This document shows positions 9,691-18,363 of a stretch of DNA of 64,000 bases, piece after piece. How positions within the stretch are numbered: the stretch's first letter is position 1; every line of letters begins with the position of its first letter. Origin of the DNA: a virus; IMG/VR virus record IMGVR_UViG_3300045988_182866, one strand, 5' to 3'. The position numbers were made by a program, and so were the translations under genes. Below the pieces are notes generated by a model that was given only the letters and a program-made list of their open reading frames with translations, did no database searches and was not told where the DNA came from.

Positions 9691-10257
9691 TTATATTTGA
9701 TATGTGATTAAATCCGTTGTCAATTTATTAATTGTTTCAATAAATGCTACCGGGATAGCTTCTTCAATTTTTAGTAAAAGTAATTTTAAGTTCTCATTAA
9801 CTTTAGGGCCAAATAAAATATATTGAGTATCATTGTTTAAATCGACAGAATAAGCTTTAAAATTTGCTTGATTAAAACTTATAACTGTAAATCTATCAAC
9901 AATTAAATTGTTTTTTAAAAAAGTCTCTCTGACAAAATTCTCAAGATCTCTGGAATAAATTCCTCTATGATGATCTACTTCTACTTCAATTAAAAAAGAT
10001 TGATTTATATCAATAAAGTGGTCAAATGAAGCTATTCCTAAAGTATTCCACCAAGTAAAATACCTTTCATTAAGGCCATTCTTTACTTTAATGATTTTGC
10101 TTTTATTGGCAAATGGAGAGTAAATTGTAAAAGCATGTTTAAAATCTTCAATAGTCCTGTAAGCAGGATCTTCAAAGAATTCTTCTTCAAATAAATCGAC
10201 TTGGTAAGTTTTACCATTACCAAGTCGATCAATAAGTTTGAAAACTGCTTGTTTCAT
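9691..10257 (-). CDS. hypothetical protein (between PspA-like and SPFH genes)
   Basis: 188-aa ORF; start/stop abuts the PspA-like gene (10257). Confidence 0.35.
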   Translation of the reverse strand: MKQAVFKLIDRLGNGKTYQVDLFEEEFFEDPAYRTIEDFKHAFTIYSPFANKSKIIKVKNGLNERYFTWWNTLGIASFDHFIDINQSFLIEVEVDHHRGIYSRDLENFVRETFLKNNLIVDRFTVISFNQANFKAYSVDLNNDTQYILFGPKVNENLKLLLLKIEEAIPVAFIETINKLTTDLITYQI

Positions 10258-10931
10258 TAACTCTCAGCAACACGAGCCTTCAAACGGGCAAGAGCATCTT
10301 CTTTAGATACAGATTCAATAAATTCATTCATTTCATCTTTAGTATCATTAAGAGTTCCGCTTACTTCAATTGAAGCATCGGCCTTAGAATCTTTCTTTTC
10401 AAGAATCTTATCTACATCTGCCAGCATCCCGTTAAAATCATTTTTGCCTGAAATATTCGCAATATCCTTCAAAGCAGCAAGATCTTCCTTCATAGCAGCA
10501 GATGCAGCCTTCAACTTAATCTGTTCAATTCGAGAATCATAAGAATTAAGAACAACTCTTTGATTACTAATCAACTTATCATAAGTTGCAGTTGCTTCTT
10601 CAAGAGCCTTTTCAGCCATATCAAGCTGTGCCTTAGTATTTTCATATTGAAGAGAAAATTCGGCGGCAAGACTTTCCTTGCCATTCTTAAGAGCAAGAAT
10701 GGCTCGTTCATTGAGAACTTGAACCTTTTGCTTAAGACTCTTTACATTTTTAGTCATGTTGTTTACTGTAGTCTTTACAGCAACCAATCGTTCATAAATT
10801 TCTTGCTCGGCCTTGCTCTTTTCATCTTCGAGAGACGCAATAAGAGCATCAACATTCTTACTTTCAAGTGAATTTACACCAAGATTAAGCCAGCCAAACA
10901 AAACACGTCCCAAACGTCCAATAATTCTCAT
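10257..10931 (-). CDS. pspA: PspA/IM30/Vipp1-family protein (phage shock protein A-like, bacterial ESCRT-III superfamily)
   Basis: 224 aa, all coiled coil. N-terminus MRIIGRLGRVLFGWLNLGVNSLESKNVDA parallels PspA [27 protein letters not shown]; heptad-rich body parallels PspA helices. Confidence 0.6.
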   Translation of the reverse strand: MRIIGRLGRVLFGWLNLGVNSLESKNVDALIASLEDEKSKAEQEIYERLVAVKTTVNNMTKNVKSLKQKVQVLNERAILALKNGKESLAAEFSLQYENTKAQLDMAEKALEEATATYDKLISNQRVVLNSYDSRIEQIKLKAASAAMKEDLAALKDIANISGKNDFNGMLADVDKILEKKDSKADASIEVSGTLNDTKDEMNEFIESVSKEDALARLKARVAES

Positions 10932-10937
10932 ATATTT

Positions 10938-11207
10938 TTAAATTTTAATTTTTTGATTTTCGTCCAAATATTTGTATTCGTTAAGTATTACAAATTGATT
11001 TTTAATACTTTCTTTATCCCAATTAACTCCAATTTCTTTGAATTTATTAACGCTTAATTTAATTTCAGTCTGCCCGTTTCTTATTAACCAAAACTTGGCT
11101 TTTTCATCAATTGTTATTTCTCCATCAGAAGGAATTAAAGTATGGTAATAATTTTCAAGAAATGCTTTTTGATTGCGCGTCCAAAGCCATTTAGGATAAT
11201 CAAGCAT
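10938..11207 (-). CDS. hypothetical protein
   Basis: 89-aa ORF; the conserved 16-mer upstream motif lies 27 nt before its ATG. Confidence 0.35.
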   Translation of the reverse strand: MLDYPKWLWTRNQKAFLENYYHTLIPSDGEITIDEKAKFWLIRNGQTEIKLSVNKFKEIGVNWDKESIKNQFVILNEYKYLDENQKIKI

Positions 11208-11234
11208 ATTAAAATAATAAACTTTTACTATTCT

Positions 11235-11250
11235 TTTAAAGGTGATTAAT
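11235..11250 (-). promoter_or_regulatory. conserved 16-mer TTTAAAGGTGATTAAT (minus-strand ATTAATCACCTTTAAA) 27 nt upstream of a minus-strand start codon; exact second copy at 23485..23500
   Basis: Exact 16-nt duplicate found by eye. Both copies sit exactly 27 nt upstream of a minus-strand ATG (11207 and 23457). Confidence 0.35.
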
Positions 11251-11710
11251 TTCCTGCGTATTCAACTAAAAGAACAGAAATATCATGCTTTGTTCGAAAA
11301 TTATACAAAAGATTTTCAAATTCTTTTGGTTTTACTCGTCCTATACCGCATCCCAAAAAAGGCATTACAACAGTATTAAGATGATGAGTGTTCATAACTT
11401 CAAACAAATCGCAAAGAGACAAAGAAATATCTCCCAAATTTGCTATTGAACCAGGATAAAACATGGTTGGAACATTGGCAATCATTTTCCAATTATCTTC
11501 ATCGGACAAATAAAAATAATGGCCTTTACCAATATTAACCATTTTAGAATTACAAGAGTTCTGATAACTCCAGTACATTTCAGGAAATTTATCGGCAAAA
11601 GCTTTTGCAACTCCTGCTCCCATTACTCCGATACAATTGACGGCATTGCAAATTACATCCGCCTTTGTATCAAAGATATTTCCTTTTGTTTTAATAACTT
11701 TAAGAGACAT
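11246..11710 (-). CDS. macro domain protein (ADP-ribose binding / ADP-ribosyl hydrolase fold)
   Basis: 154 aa. ICNAVNCIGVMGAGVAKAF matches the macro-domain NAAN...GGGV signature. Confidence 0.6.
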   Translation of the reverse strand: MSLKVIKTKGNIFDTKADVICNAVNCIGVMGAGVAKAFADKFPEMYWSYQNSCNSKMVNIGKGHYFYLSDEDNWKMIANVPTMFYPGSIANLGDISLSLCDLFEVMNTHHLNTVVMPFLGCGIGRVKPKEFENLLYNFRTKHDISVLLVEYAGN

Positions 11711-12015
11711 TATAACTCTGGTTCATATTCAATATTACGAAGAATGAATTCTTCCAACCATTCTTGTGAAAGAACTCCAGTGTAGGATTCAAGCTTGTCA
11801 TAGTTCTCATCACAAGCAACAAAAGTAGGAACAGATCGAATTTCGAACTTTTTAACATAAGGCATTGCCGAATTATCCTGATCGACAACAAAACTCATGA
11901 ATTCGATTTCAGGATCTTTTTTATATTTTTCAACTACACGTTCCCAGGCTGGTTTCATCATACGGCATGGACCACATGTAGAAGAAGAAAAAAGTAAAAA
12001 TTTAGTCATTATCAA
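11710..12015 (-). CDS. thioredoxin
   Basis: 101 aa. CGPC active site in FSSSTCGPCRMMKP (thioredoxin WCGPCK). Confidence 0.7.
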   Translation of the reverse strand: MIMTKFLLFSSSTCGPCRMMKPAWERVVEKYKKDPEIEFMSFVVDQDNSAMPYVKKFEIRSVPTFVACDENYDKLESYTGVLSQEWLEEFILRNIEYEPEL

Positions 12016-12226
12016 AAATAATAATAGTTAGTAGAGCGATAATTCCCCCGAAAATAATTCCAAGAATAGTAGCAGCAATAGAAATCCAAGTTGGAGAAAA
12101 TAACTGAATCCAATTCCAATTAGTAAAAGGCTCATAACCAAACCAATACCAAAATAGAATCATCATCTGAAGAAATCCTCCAACAGATAAACCATTATTA
12201 ATAGCTTTATTTGTTATATTCTTCAT
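12002..12226 (-). CDS. small membrane protein (2 predicted TM helices)
   Basis: 74 aa, strongly hydrophobic (LQMMILFWYWFGY..., IAATILGIIFGGIIALLTIIIF). Confidence 0.35.
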   Translation of the reverse strand: MKNITNKAINNGLSVGGFLQMMILFWYWFGYEPFTNWNWIQLFSPTWISIAATILGIIFGGIIALLTIIIFDND

Positions 12227-12248
12227 TAAAAATATAATATGAAAATTC

Positions 12249-12584
12249 TTAGTTATCGAAAGTGCTCAACTCTGAAGTTTGAAGTTCTGCATTCCAAATT
12301 GGTTTCCAACTATATTTGTCATCATAAGGAGTCATAGGAATAATCCTGGGAGCTTCTTTATTATTAATAACTTTTTCTTTATTAATAATATCTTGAGCCT
12401 CTTTATAACATTTCTCCATAATAGATGAAATATTATCAGACTTAATAGTTGCTATCGGCTTCTTTTCCTCTTCAATAATAATATTAATAATCTTCCTAAG
12501 TTTAAAATCTGACAACTTGGAAAGATCAATTTGTTTTACCATTTTGATAAGGATTTCTCTTTGAGTTTCAGTTTCCGAGCTCAT
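12249..12584 (-). CDS. hypothetical protein
   Basis: 111-aa ORF in a codirectional early-gene string. Confidence 0.3.
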   Translation of the reverse strand: MSSETETQREILIKMVKQIDLSKLSDFKLRKIINIIIEEEKKPIATIKSDNISSIMEKCYKEAQDIINKEKVINNKEAPRIIPMTPYDDKYSWKPIWNAELQTSELSTFDN

Positions 12585-12798
12585 CTTTAAATTTGTTTAA
12601 AAGTTTTTGTTGCTGTTCTTTTGTCAAGGAATTAAAGAATTTAAGAAAAGGATTTTCTCGAATCTTCTTAAATTCTTCCCCAATAGTCTTGAATGTTTCA
12701 TCAAGCTCTTTTTTGAAATTAGAAATTTCGGCCGATTGAATCTTTTTTCGAAGATCTTCTACTGGTTTTGGATCACGTGGTTTAAATTTTAAGCTCAT
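12568..12798 (-). CDS. hypothetical protein
   Basis: 76-aa ORF, codirectional. Confidence 0.3.
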   Translation of the reverse strand: MSLKFKPRDPKPVEDLRKKIQSAEISNFKKELDETFKTIGEEFKKIRENPFLKFFNSLTKEQQQKLLNKFKDELGN

Positions 12799-13100
12799 GA
12801 ATATTTTCCGTTTCTTTTCTTAATGGTTCTTAATTCTTGAATACTAGCTAATTCTTTTTCTTCGTTAATATAATAATTAAAAATTAACTTTGCAGCTTTA
12901 TATTGTGCATCCATATCATTCCATTTATATGGAAAAATCGCAAGAATTGTATTCCCTGTAATTATTCTAAATTCAGAATTAAAATGAACTCCTCCCCAAT
13001 CATCGACATAACTATCTTCAAATCTAACTAATTCAATCGATCCCGATTTTTTGTCGTGCTTCTCTATATTTTTCATCAATTTTTTTCGAGGATTTCTCAA
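12795..13100 (-). CDS. hypothetical protein
   Basis: 101-aa ORF; overlaps its upstream neighbour's stop. Confidence 0.3.
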   Translation of the reverse strand: MRNPRKKLMKNIEKHDKKSGSIELVRFEDSYVDDWGGVHFNSEFRIITGNTILAIFPYKWNDMDAQYKAAKLIFNYYINEEKELASIQELRTIKKRNGKYS

Positions 13101-13365
13101 GAAATGCTTTTATCTTATCTTCAAAAAGACTTTCAAGACAAATTATTAATGCCACTAATAATGATATAGGCCAAAATATAGATAAGAATAATTTAAAAAA
13201 TAAAGATTCCTTTATTCCTTCATATAAAAAACAATATAAAAAACTAAATGGATGCTTTATTGCTTTTTTAAAACTAAAATTTAAATTAAAATCTATAAAA
13301 TCATAAAGATTAAATCCTAAAAAAGATAAAAAAGCAATAATGATATATCCTGCTAATATATTCAT
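13033..13365 (-). CDS. hypothetical membrane protein
   Basis: 110 aa with two long hydrophobic segments; overlaps 12795..13100 in another frame, so the true boundaries are uncertain. Confidence 0.25.
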   Translation of the reverse strand: MNILAGYIIIAFLSFLGFNLYDFIDFNLNFSFKKAIKHPFSFLYCFLYEGIKESLFFKLFLSIFWPISLLVALIICLESLFEDKIKAFLEKSSKKIDEKYREARQKIGID

Positions 13366-13697
13366 AATTCTTTAATTTCTTCGGGAAGAACTTTTTTACG
13401 AAGCAAACTTTCTTTAAACCATTTGAAGTTTTTAATAGAAAACCAGCTAAATTTTTCATCAGGCTTAAAAAATTCTTTCTTAAAAGATAGAAGATCGTTA
13501 AATATTTCCACCCTCATCTGATTATAAAATTTATCATCTGTAACTACAATAATTTGACCATTTTCCTTTTCATAAAGAGTCAAAATATCTCCTTCTGTTT
13601 GACCAAAATAAATTTCTTTGGCGTTAAACTTATATGTTATTCCATCAGATCTATTGACAATAGTCCGATCAATACAGTCTTTACAGTCTTTATCCAT
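13362..13697 (-). CDS. hypothetical protein
   Basis: 111-aa ORF. Confidence 0.3.
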   Translation of the reverse strand: MDKDCKDCIDRTIVNRSDGITYKFNAKEIYFGQTEGDILTLYEKENGQIIVVTDDKFYNQMRVEIFNDLLSFKKEFFKPDEKFSWFSIKNFKWFKESLLRKKVLPEEIKEL

Positions 13698-13714
13698 AAT
13701 TTATTAAATATTAA

Positions 13715-14857
13715 TTATTTTCTAATTGCTTTAAACTTCCCAAACCTAGGTACATTAAGATCAGGAGTTAAATCCTGATAAATGATAGTTGCCATCTTGC
13801 CTTCATAAAGTGCTCGATTTTTGAAAAATTCACGTTTAGCAGGTTCATCCCAGCCTTTACCCATACCTACTGAAAATTGAACTCCATTTTCATCTTCACA
13901 AATTATTTGTGCTGCTTGTCCGGCATGATTACCCCGTCCATCAAGAATTTGAACAATCTTATATTCGCTATCTTGAAATCGCTTATACTTTACAAGATTA
14001 GAAGAACGTCCTTCATCATAAGTCATCTCGGGATTACGAAGCATAATTCCTTCAAATCCATTTTCGATTGCATCATCTAAATAAGCTTCTACCTCTTCAA
14101 AAGAATTAACTTCAAATTGAGTAACACCCAAACTATACTTTAATGTAATATTATTAATCTGAAGGGGATAAAGATGATGACAACATTGATTAAGCTTGGT
14201 ATGCTTATTACGGTCCTTATAAGGAATCTTTGTATTTCGTTCCGCAAAATCAAAAGCATGAAATTTAATAATGCTTTTTGTTTTTGCCAGGAATTCTTCA
14301 GTAATATTCTTAGTTCTAGAAATCAAAGATGCAACTTGATTAAAATCATCTCTAAGTTCATGAGAATATAATTCTCCATCAATAATTGCATTAGGATTAG
14401 CAATGAAATAAGGTTTCAACTCCTCAAATACATGAGGGCATGAAAGAATCTCATGATGAGTCCTTGAAAACATTCCTTTAGCACAAATATAACATCTAAA
14501 GCCATCTAATTTGGCAGAAGCAAATTGAGGAAATTTAATAAATTTCTTTCTTGCTTTAAATTCTTTGGCAAGAGTTACTTCAAATTGTTTTTCAGTTGGA
14601 ATAGTATCTTGAAACCCCCTTTTCCTTTGCTTTTCAATTCGAGATTGTACTTCTAAAGCACATTGCTGTTCAGGAGTAGTAGCATTAGAACGACCTTCAT
14701 TCTTACCTTCACAATAAGTCGGTTCAGTCGTAGTAATAGCTCCCCCTACTCGACCAGAAGACATAGTATACCAATTACTGGAATCGTCATAAGATATACT
14801 CCATGTAATAGGATTGCCTTTCTTATCGAGATTAAACAATTCGAAAGATTTAATCAT
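13715..14857 (-). CDS. ATP-dependent DNA ligase
   Basis: 380 aa. Motif I KxDGxR = AKLDGFRCY; motif IV EGIMLRNP; motif V LVKYKRF. Confidence 0.85.
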   Translation of the reverse strand: MIKSFELFNLDKKGNPITWSISYDDSSNWYTMSSGRVGGAITTTEPTYCEGKNEGRSNATTPEQQCALEVQSRIEKQRKRGFQDTIPTEKQFEVTLAKEFKARKKFIKFPQFASAKLDGFRCYICAKGMFSRTHHEILSCPHVFEELKPYFIANPNAIIDGELYSHELRDDFNQVASLISRTKNITEEFLAKTKSIIKFHAFDFAERNTKIPYKDRNKHTKLNQCCHHLYPLQINNITLKYSLGVTQFEVNSFEEVEAYLDDAIENGFEGIMLRNPEMTYDEGRSSNLVKYKRFQDSEYKIVQILDGRGNHAGQAAQIICEDENGVQFSVGMGKGWDEPAKREFFKNRALYEGKMATIIYQDLTPDLNVPRFGKFKAIRK

Positions 14858-14895
14858 TATTTTTTAATAAATTATTTCTTAAAAATCGATGGTGT

Positions 14896-15219
14896 TTAAA
14901 CTATCTCCTTAAAGTCAAAAGTCTCATCATCCTCATTGATAAATGAAACAAGATGGTAAGTTTCATCAGAAAATCCGTCTGAAACTTTTACTTTAATTTC
15001 CCACCCTTCCCCGAACAATCCTCCATAAGTACCCCAGAAAATTTGAGAAGCACAAAATTTAGCAGCATCCGCCATATTTTGGATATTGTTAGCTTTAATA
15101 TCATATTTGTTAACAATCAAATAACCTTGTTTCTTAACTTTTCCGTCATCCCAAAGTTCTTTAGCAATGCAAACATAATTTGCATCCTTAAGAAGTGACA
15201 TATTAATCTTTTTACTCAT
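14896..15219 (-). CDS. hypothetical protein
   Basis: 107-aa ORF overlapping the NTase gene start by 8 nt. Confidence 0.35.
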   Translation of the reverse strand: MSKKINMSLLKDANYVCIAKELWDDGKVKKQGYLIVNKYDIKANNIQNMADAAKFCASQIFWGTYGGLFGEGWEIKVKVSDGFSDETYHLVSFINEDDETFDFKEIV

Positions 15220-16258
15220 AAAAATTTAAAATATAATTCTTAAAAAATTCCTTATCAGGTTTTTCAGGTAATTTTGACTTATTAAACAATTCTTTTAATT
15301 CTAAAGATTTTTCATTTGCCAACTTCATTAGATAATCATATTCAAAATCGCCATTTCTAATCTTTAAAAGAAATTGTCTTAAAATAGGATTACATTTAAC
15401 CGTTAATGTTCCATCTTTTAAAATCTCTCTGCAAAGACTCATAAGACGGAAAAGATGCATCATATTCTTTGTATCATAAAAGGTTTTATCAGACGTCTTT
15501 TCTACATTTGTTGCATATCTTTTTTCATTCCTTTTAGCAACCCAATCCCAGTATTCTTTATATTCTTTACAATATTTCTGATAAGCCGGAATATTAATAA
15601 TCACATAGGCTGCGGTATTTGCATTTTTTGGAACCGATGTAATATTAATGTTCATGTCTAAAATAGGTCCGGCTTTACAAGGATGATTATAAAGTACATA
15701 AACATTTTCAGCATGATTCATTTTACAAAGAGATAAATTAGTCTCTTTAATACCACAGCATTCCAACCAGTCTCGATAAGGAATAGAATGTTGATAGCAC
15801 AACACCCAGCTAAAATCTTTTAACGTTTTTCTTTCTTTAGGAAAAGGATTAGCTGACTTTTTATTAACGTTTTTGGCCTTTAAAATTTGAGATTCAGCAT
15901 AAGCTCCAAAAGTATAAAAACATTTCTTGGAAAGAACTTTTTCAATTAGTGGATCAAATCGTTTATCCCTAATTTTAACATGTTCAGGATCAGTAGTAAA
16001 CAAAACTTCAAGAGCCGAAGGAGTATTCTTTCTTAGTTGTTCAAGGAAGAATCCAATCTCGGTATAGATAGTATCATTATTATTCTCCTGGATTACCTTT
16101 TCATATTCACCAACTAATATATCTTTAACAGGATGAGCAAAAACACCTCTAATATCAACATCCGAATCTTTAGTATTCAACCCATAAGAAATACTTCCCG
16201 CAATAACGCTCAATAATACTTCTTTACCCTTCAGAGGTCCTTCTCCACTTAAACACAT
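15212..16258 (-). CDS. Pol-beta-superfamily nucleotidyltransferase-fold protein
   Basis: 348 aa. The N-terminal GS-x9-DxD motif (LSVIAGSISYGLNTKDSDVDIRGVF) is the minimal NTase signature. Substrate unknown. Confidence 0.5.
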   Translation of the reverse strand: MCLSGEGPLKGKEVLLSVIAGSISYGLNTKDSDVDIRGVFAHPVKDILVGEYEKVIQENNNDTIYTEIGFFLEQLRKNTPSALEVLFTTDPEHVKIRDKRFDPLIEKVLSKKCFYTFGAYAESQILKAKNVNKKSANPFPKERKTLKDFSWVLCYQHSIPYRDWLECCGIKETNLSLCKMNHAENVYVLYNHPCKAGPILDMNINITSVPKNANTAAYVIINIPAYQKYCKEYKEYWDWVAKRNEKRYATNVEKTSDKTFYDTKNMMHLFRLMSLCREILKDGTLTVKCNPILRQFLLKIRNGDFEYDYLMKLANEKSLELKELFNKSKLPEKPDKEFFKNYILNFYE

Positions 16259-16314
16259 GAATTCATTTTATAAATTTCCTTAAAACTTGAAGGTGTTTAA
16301 TGGTAAAAATAAAA

Positions 16315-16349
16315 GAGAGAAATGCTTGAAAAATAAAGCATTTCTCTCA
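16315..16349 (-). terminator. hairpin terminator (13-bp perfect stem gagagaaatgctt / aagcatttctctc, 9-nt loop)
   Basis: Inverted repeat read directly; T-run on the minus strand; 3' of minus-strand gene 16377..16817. Confidence 0.45.
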
Positions 16350-16376
16350 AGTTATATAGCTTTTTCTAAGCTTCTT

Positions 16377-16817
16377 TTACGCTTTAGGGACGACTTTTAC
16401 CGGACGTCCGGTCTTAATCGCCAATTGAATGCCAGAGTCAATAGCAGACTTGATAGATTCTAAAGCCATCATCAATTTTTCATTATCATGAATCTTTGCC
16501 ATATTTTCGTCATATACATTCATGATTTCAGAAACAACCTTATCTACAATTTGCTTCGAGAACAATTTAGACAAAGCTTCTGTCAGCTTGGCCTGAAGTT
16601 CATCCCGGGTAACTTGATCGTTCTTAATAATAGTTCCAATAATGTCAGAAGCCTTTTGGAAAGCCGCCAATGTTTCAGCATCCTTTCGAATAGACGAGGA
16701 CACAACACATGCTCCGGAACAAACCATCAAATCTTCTTTTCCTTGCTTATCTAAAAGCATATTTTGAGAACAGGAACACATAATTCCCCCTACCAGCAAT
16801 GATAAAATAATTTTCAT
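16377..16817 (-). CDS. putative secreted protein / lipoprotein
   Basis: 146 aa. N-terminal signal-like MKIILSLLVGGIMCSCSQ, with Cys after the hydrophobic core. Confidence 0.35.
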   Translation of the reverse strand: MKIILSLLVGGIMCSCSQNMLLDKQGKEDLMVCSGACVVSSSIRKDAETLAAFQKASDIIGTIIKNDQVTRDELQAKLTEALSKLFSKQIVDKVVSEIMNVYDENMAKIHDNEKLMMALESIKSAIDSGIQLAIKTGRPVKVVPKA

Positions 16818-16827
16818 ATAATTTTAA

Positions 16828-17664
16828 TTAATTTACTTCTTCAAGAACTTCAAATCTATTTGTGCGAATCTTTCCATCCTTGAAAGAGATATAATGAAGA
16901 TCTTTAAAAAATATTCTTACTTTGATAATTTTTTCAGAACAATATACTTTGGCATTTATATAATCCCAAACACTTAATCCAAAAGAATTATCTACATCAT
17001 CCTTGTCGCATATATCCGTATATGTGTTGCCTACTTCATATGTTATACGTGATGTCATAGTAGAAGTATTATCTTTCTTAATTCCCTTATAAGCTATAAA
17101 AGAATGTTCATCGTAATCTTCATACTTAATACCTGATGTTTTTTCCGCAAATCTTAGTGTTTCCTTCTTATTTTCTTCAGGCTCATGAGCTTTATTATAT
17201 TCTCTCCAGAGCGTTTCTGCCAAAAACTCGGGCTTGTTGTCATAAGCTTGAAGCAATTCTAAAATAGTCAACAAAGTTTCTTTATCTAAAGTTTCATCTT
17301 GAACAATAATAGCTTTGGCAATTTTTAAAGCAATGTTAAATTGTGCAATAGCCGTTAAACCACTGTTGTTAATCTTTGCAAAAAACTTATAAAGAAAAGG
17401 AACACAAAATAATTGATAGTTTACATCAGATTTATAATAAGATTTATAAAACTTTTCTATAAACTTTGTTCTAAATGCTTCATTTTCAAATCTTGGATTT
17501 ATATGATAAAGAATAATACTTTCAAATAATCCATATTTGTCAAGCAAAGAAAAAATCTGATTGTCATTTAAACAATCAGATTTTTTAGAAGCACAAAATA
17601 ATCTTGCAAAATATTCGTTAGATGTACAATCTTGAAATGTTTTATTTTCAAAAAGGAAATCCAT
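16828..17664 (-). CDS. hypothetical protein
   Basis: 278-aa ORF. Confidence 0.35.
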   Translation of the reverse strand: MDFLFENKTFQDCTSNEYFARLFCASKKSDCLNDNQIFSLLDKYGLFESIILYHINPRFENEAFRTKFIEKFYKSYYKSDVNYQLFCVPFLYKFFAKINNSGLTAIAQFNIALKIAKAIIVQDETLDKETLLTILELLQAYDNKPEFLAETLWREYNKAHEPEENKKETLRFAEKTSGIKYEDYDEHSFIAYKGIKKDNTSTMTSRITYEVGNTYTDICDKDDVDNSFGLSVWDYINAKVYCSEKIIKVRIFFKDLHYISFKDGKIRTNRFEVLEEVN

Positions 17665-17670
17665 ATATTA

Positions 17671-18357
17671 TTAACGAAGAGTAGAATCGATAATATCTTT
17701 TGTTCTTGGAGGAAGCCATCCTTCTGGCTTAATTACATCAAAAGTACTTCCGCGCTTTCCGACATTATCTTTAGTTGCACGAATCTTTTGCATGTTCCTG
17801 GCCTGAACATCATTCCACAAAGCCTGGGCAGGCATGTTCATGAGATTTAACAAGCCCGACGCAACATAAATCAGATCGGTTAAACCATCTGAAATTTCAT
17901 AAATATTACCTTCCTTGTGCGCTTTATCAATTTCTGCAAGTTCTTCATAAAGATGGCCGATCTTTACTTTCATTTCCTCTTCAGGGAGAATACCAAATTG
18001 ATCCTTTCTCCAAAGACCATATTTTTGCTGAAAAGCCATTGTATCATCAAAAATATTAGTACTCCAAGTATTCATCAAAGAATGATATTCTTGTGCGTCA
18101 AGATCTTCATCATTAATATATTCAAAATAACCAGTTAACATTACTTCCACTAAAGTAGATGGAATCCATGTACGAATAGTCATTTGCTTATTTTCTTCAA
18201 TATTTTTAATGGGATCTCCTTCCAGCATAGGAGTCTTTGCTCCATTGCCCCATAGATAAAATTGAAGGTCGCCATCTTCAGTAACAAAATTACTGCTCTT
18301 CCTGTTTACCACATATCGATTGTGGTCCTGCTCGCAATGAAAAATTAGATATTTCAT
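17671..18357 (-). CDS. MazG-like all-alpha NTP pyrophosphohydrolase domain protein (candidate dCTPase/dUTPase-type nucleotide sanitiser)
   Basis: 228 aa. C-terminal EELAEIDKAH...EISDGLTDLIYVASGLLNL fits the MazG/HisE EExxE...E..D..DLL motif. Confidence 0.5.
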   Translation of the reverse strand: MKYLIFHCEQDHNRYVVNRKSSNFVTEDGDLQFYLWGNGAKTPMLEGDPIKNIEENKQMTIRTWIPSTLVEVMLTGYFEYINDEDLDAQEYHSLMNTWSTNIFDDTMAFQQKYGLWRKDQFGILPEEEMKVKIGHLYEELAEIDKAHKEGNIYEISDGLTDLIYVASGLLNLMNMPAQALWNDVQARNMQKIRATKDNVGKRGSTFDVIKPEGWLPPRTKDIIDSTLR

Positions 18358-18363
18358 ATAAAA

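Noticed and set aside
16377-16817. Lipoprotein lipobox assignment for MKIILSLLVGGIMCSCSQ
   Set aside because: GIMC/MCSC is not a canonical L-[AS]-[GA]-C lipobox. I kept it only as a putative secreted protein/lipoprotein at low confidence.
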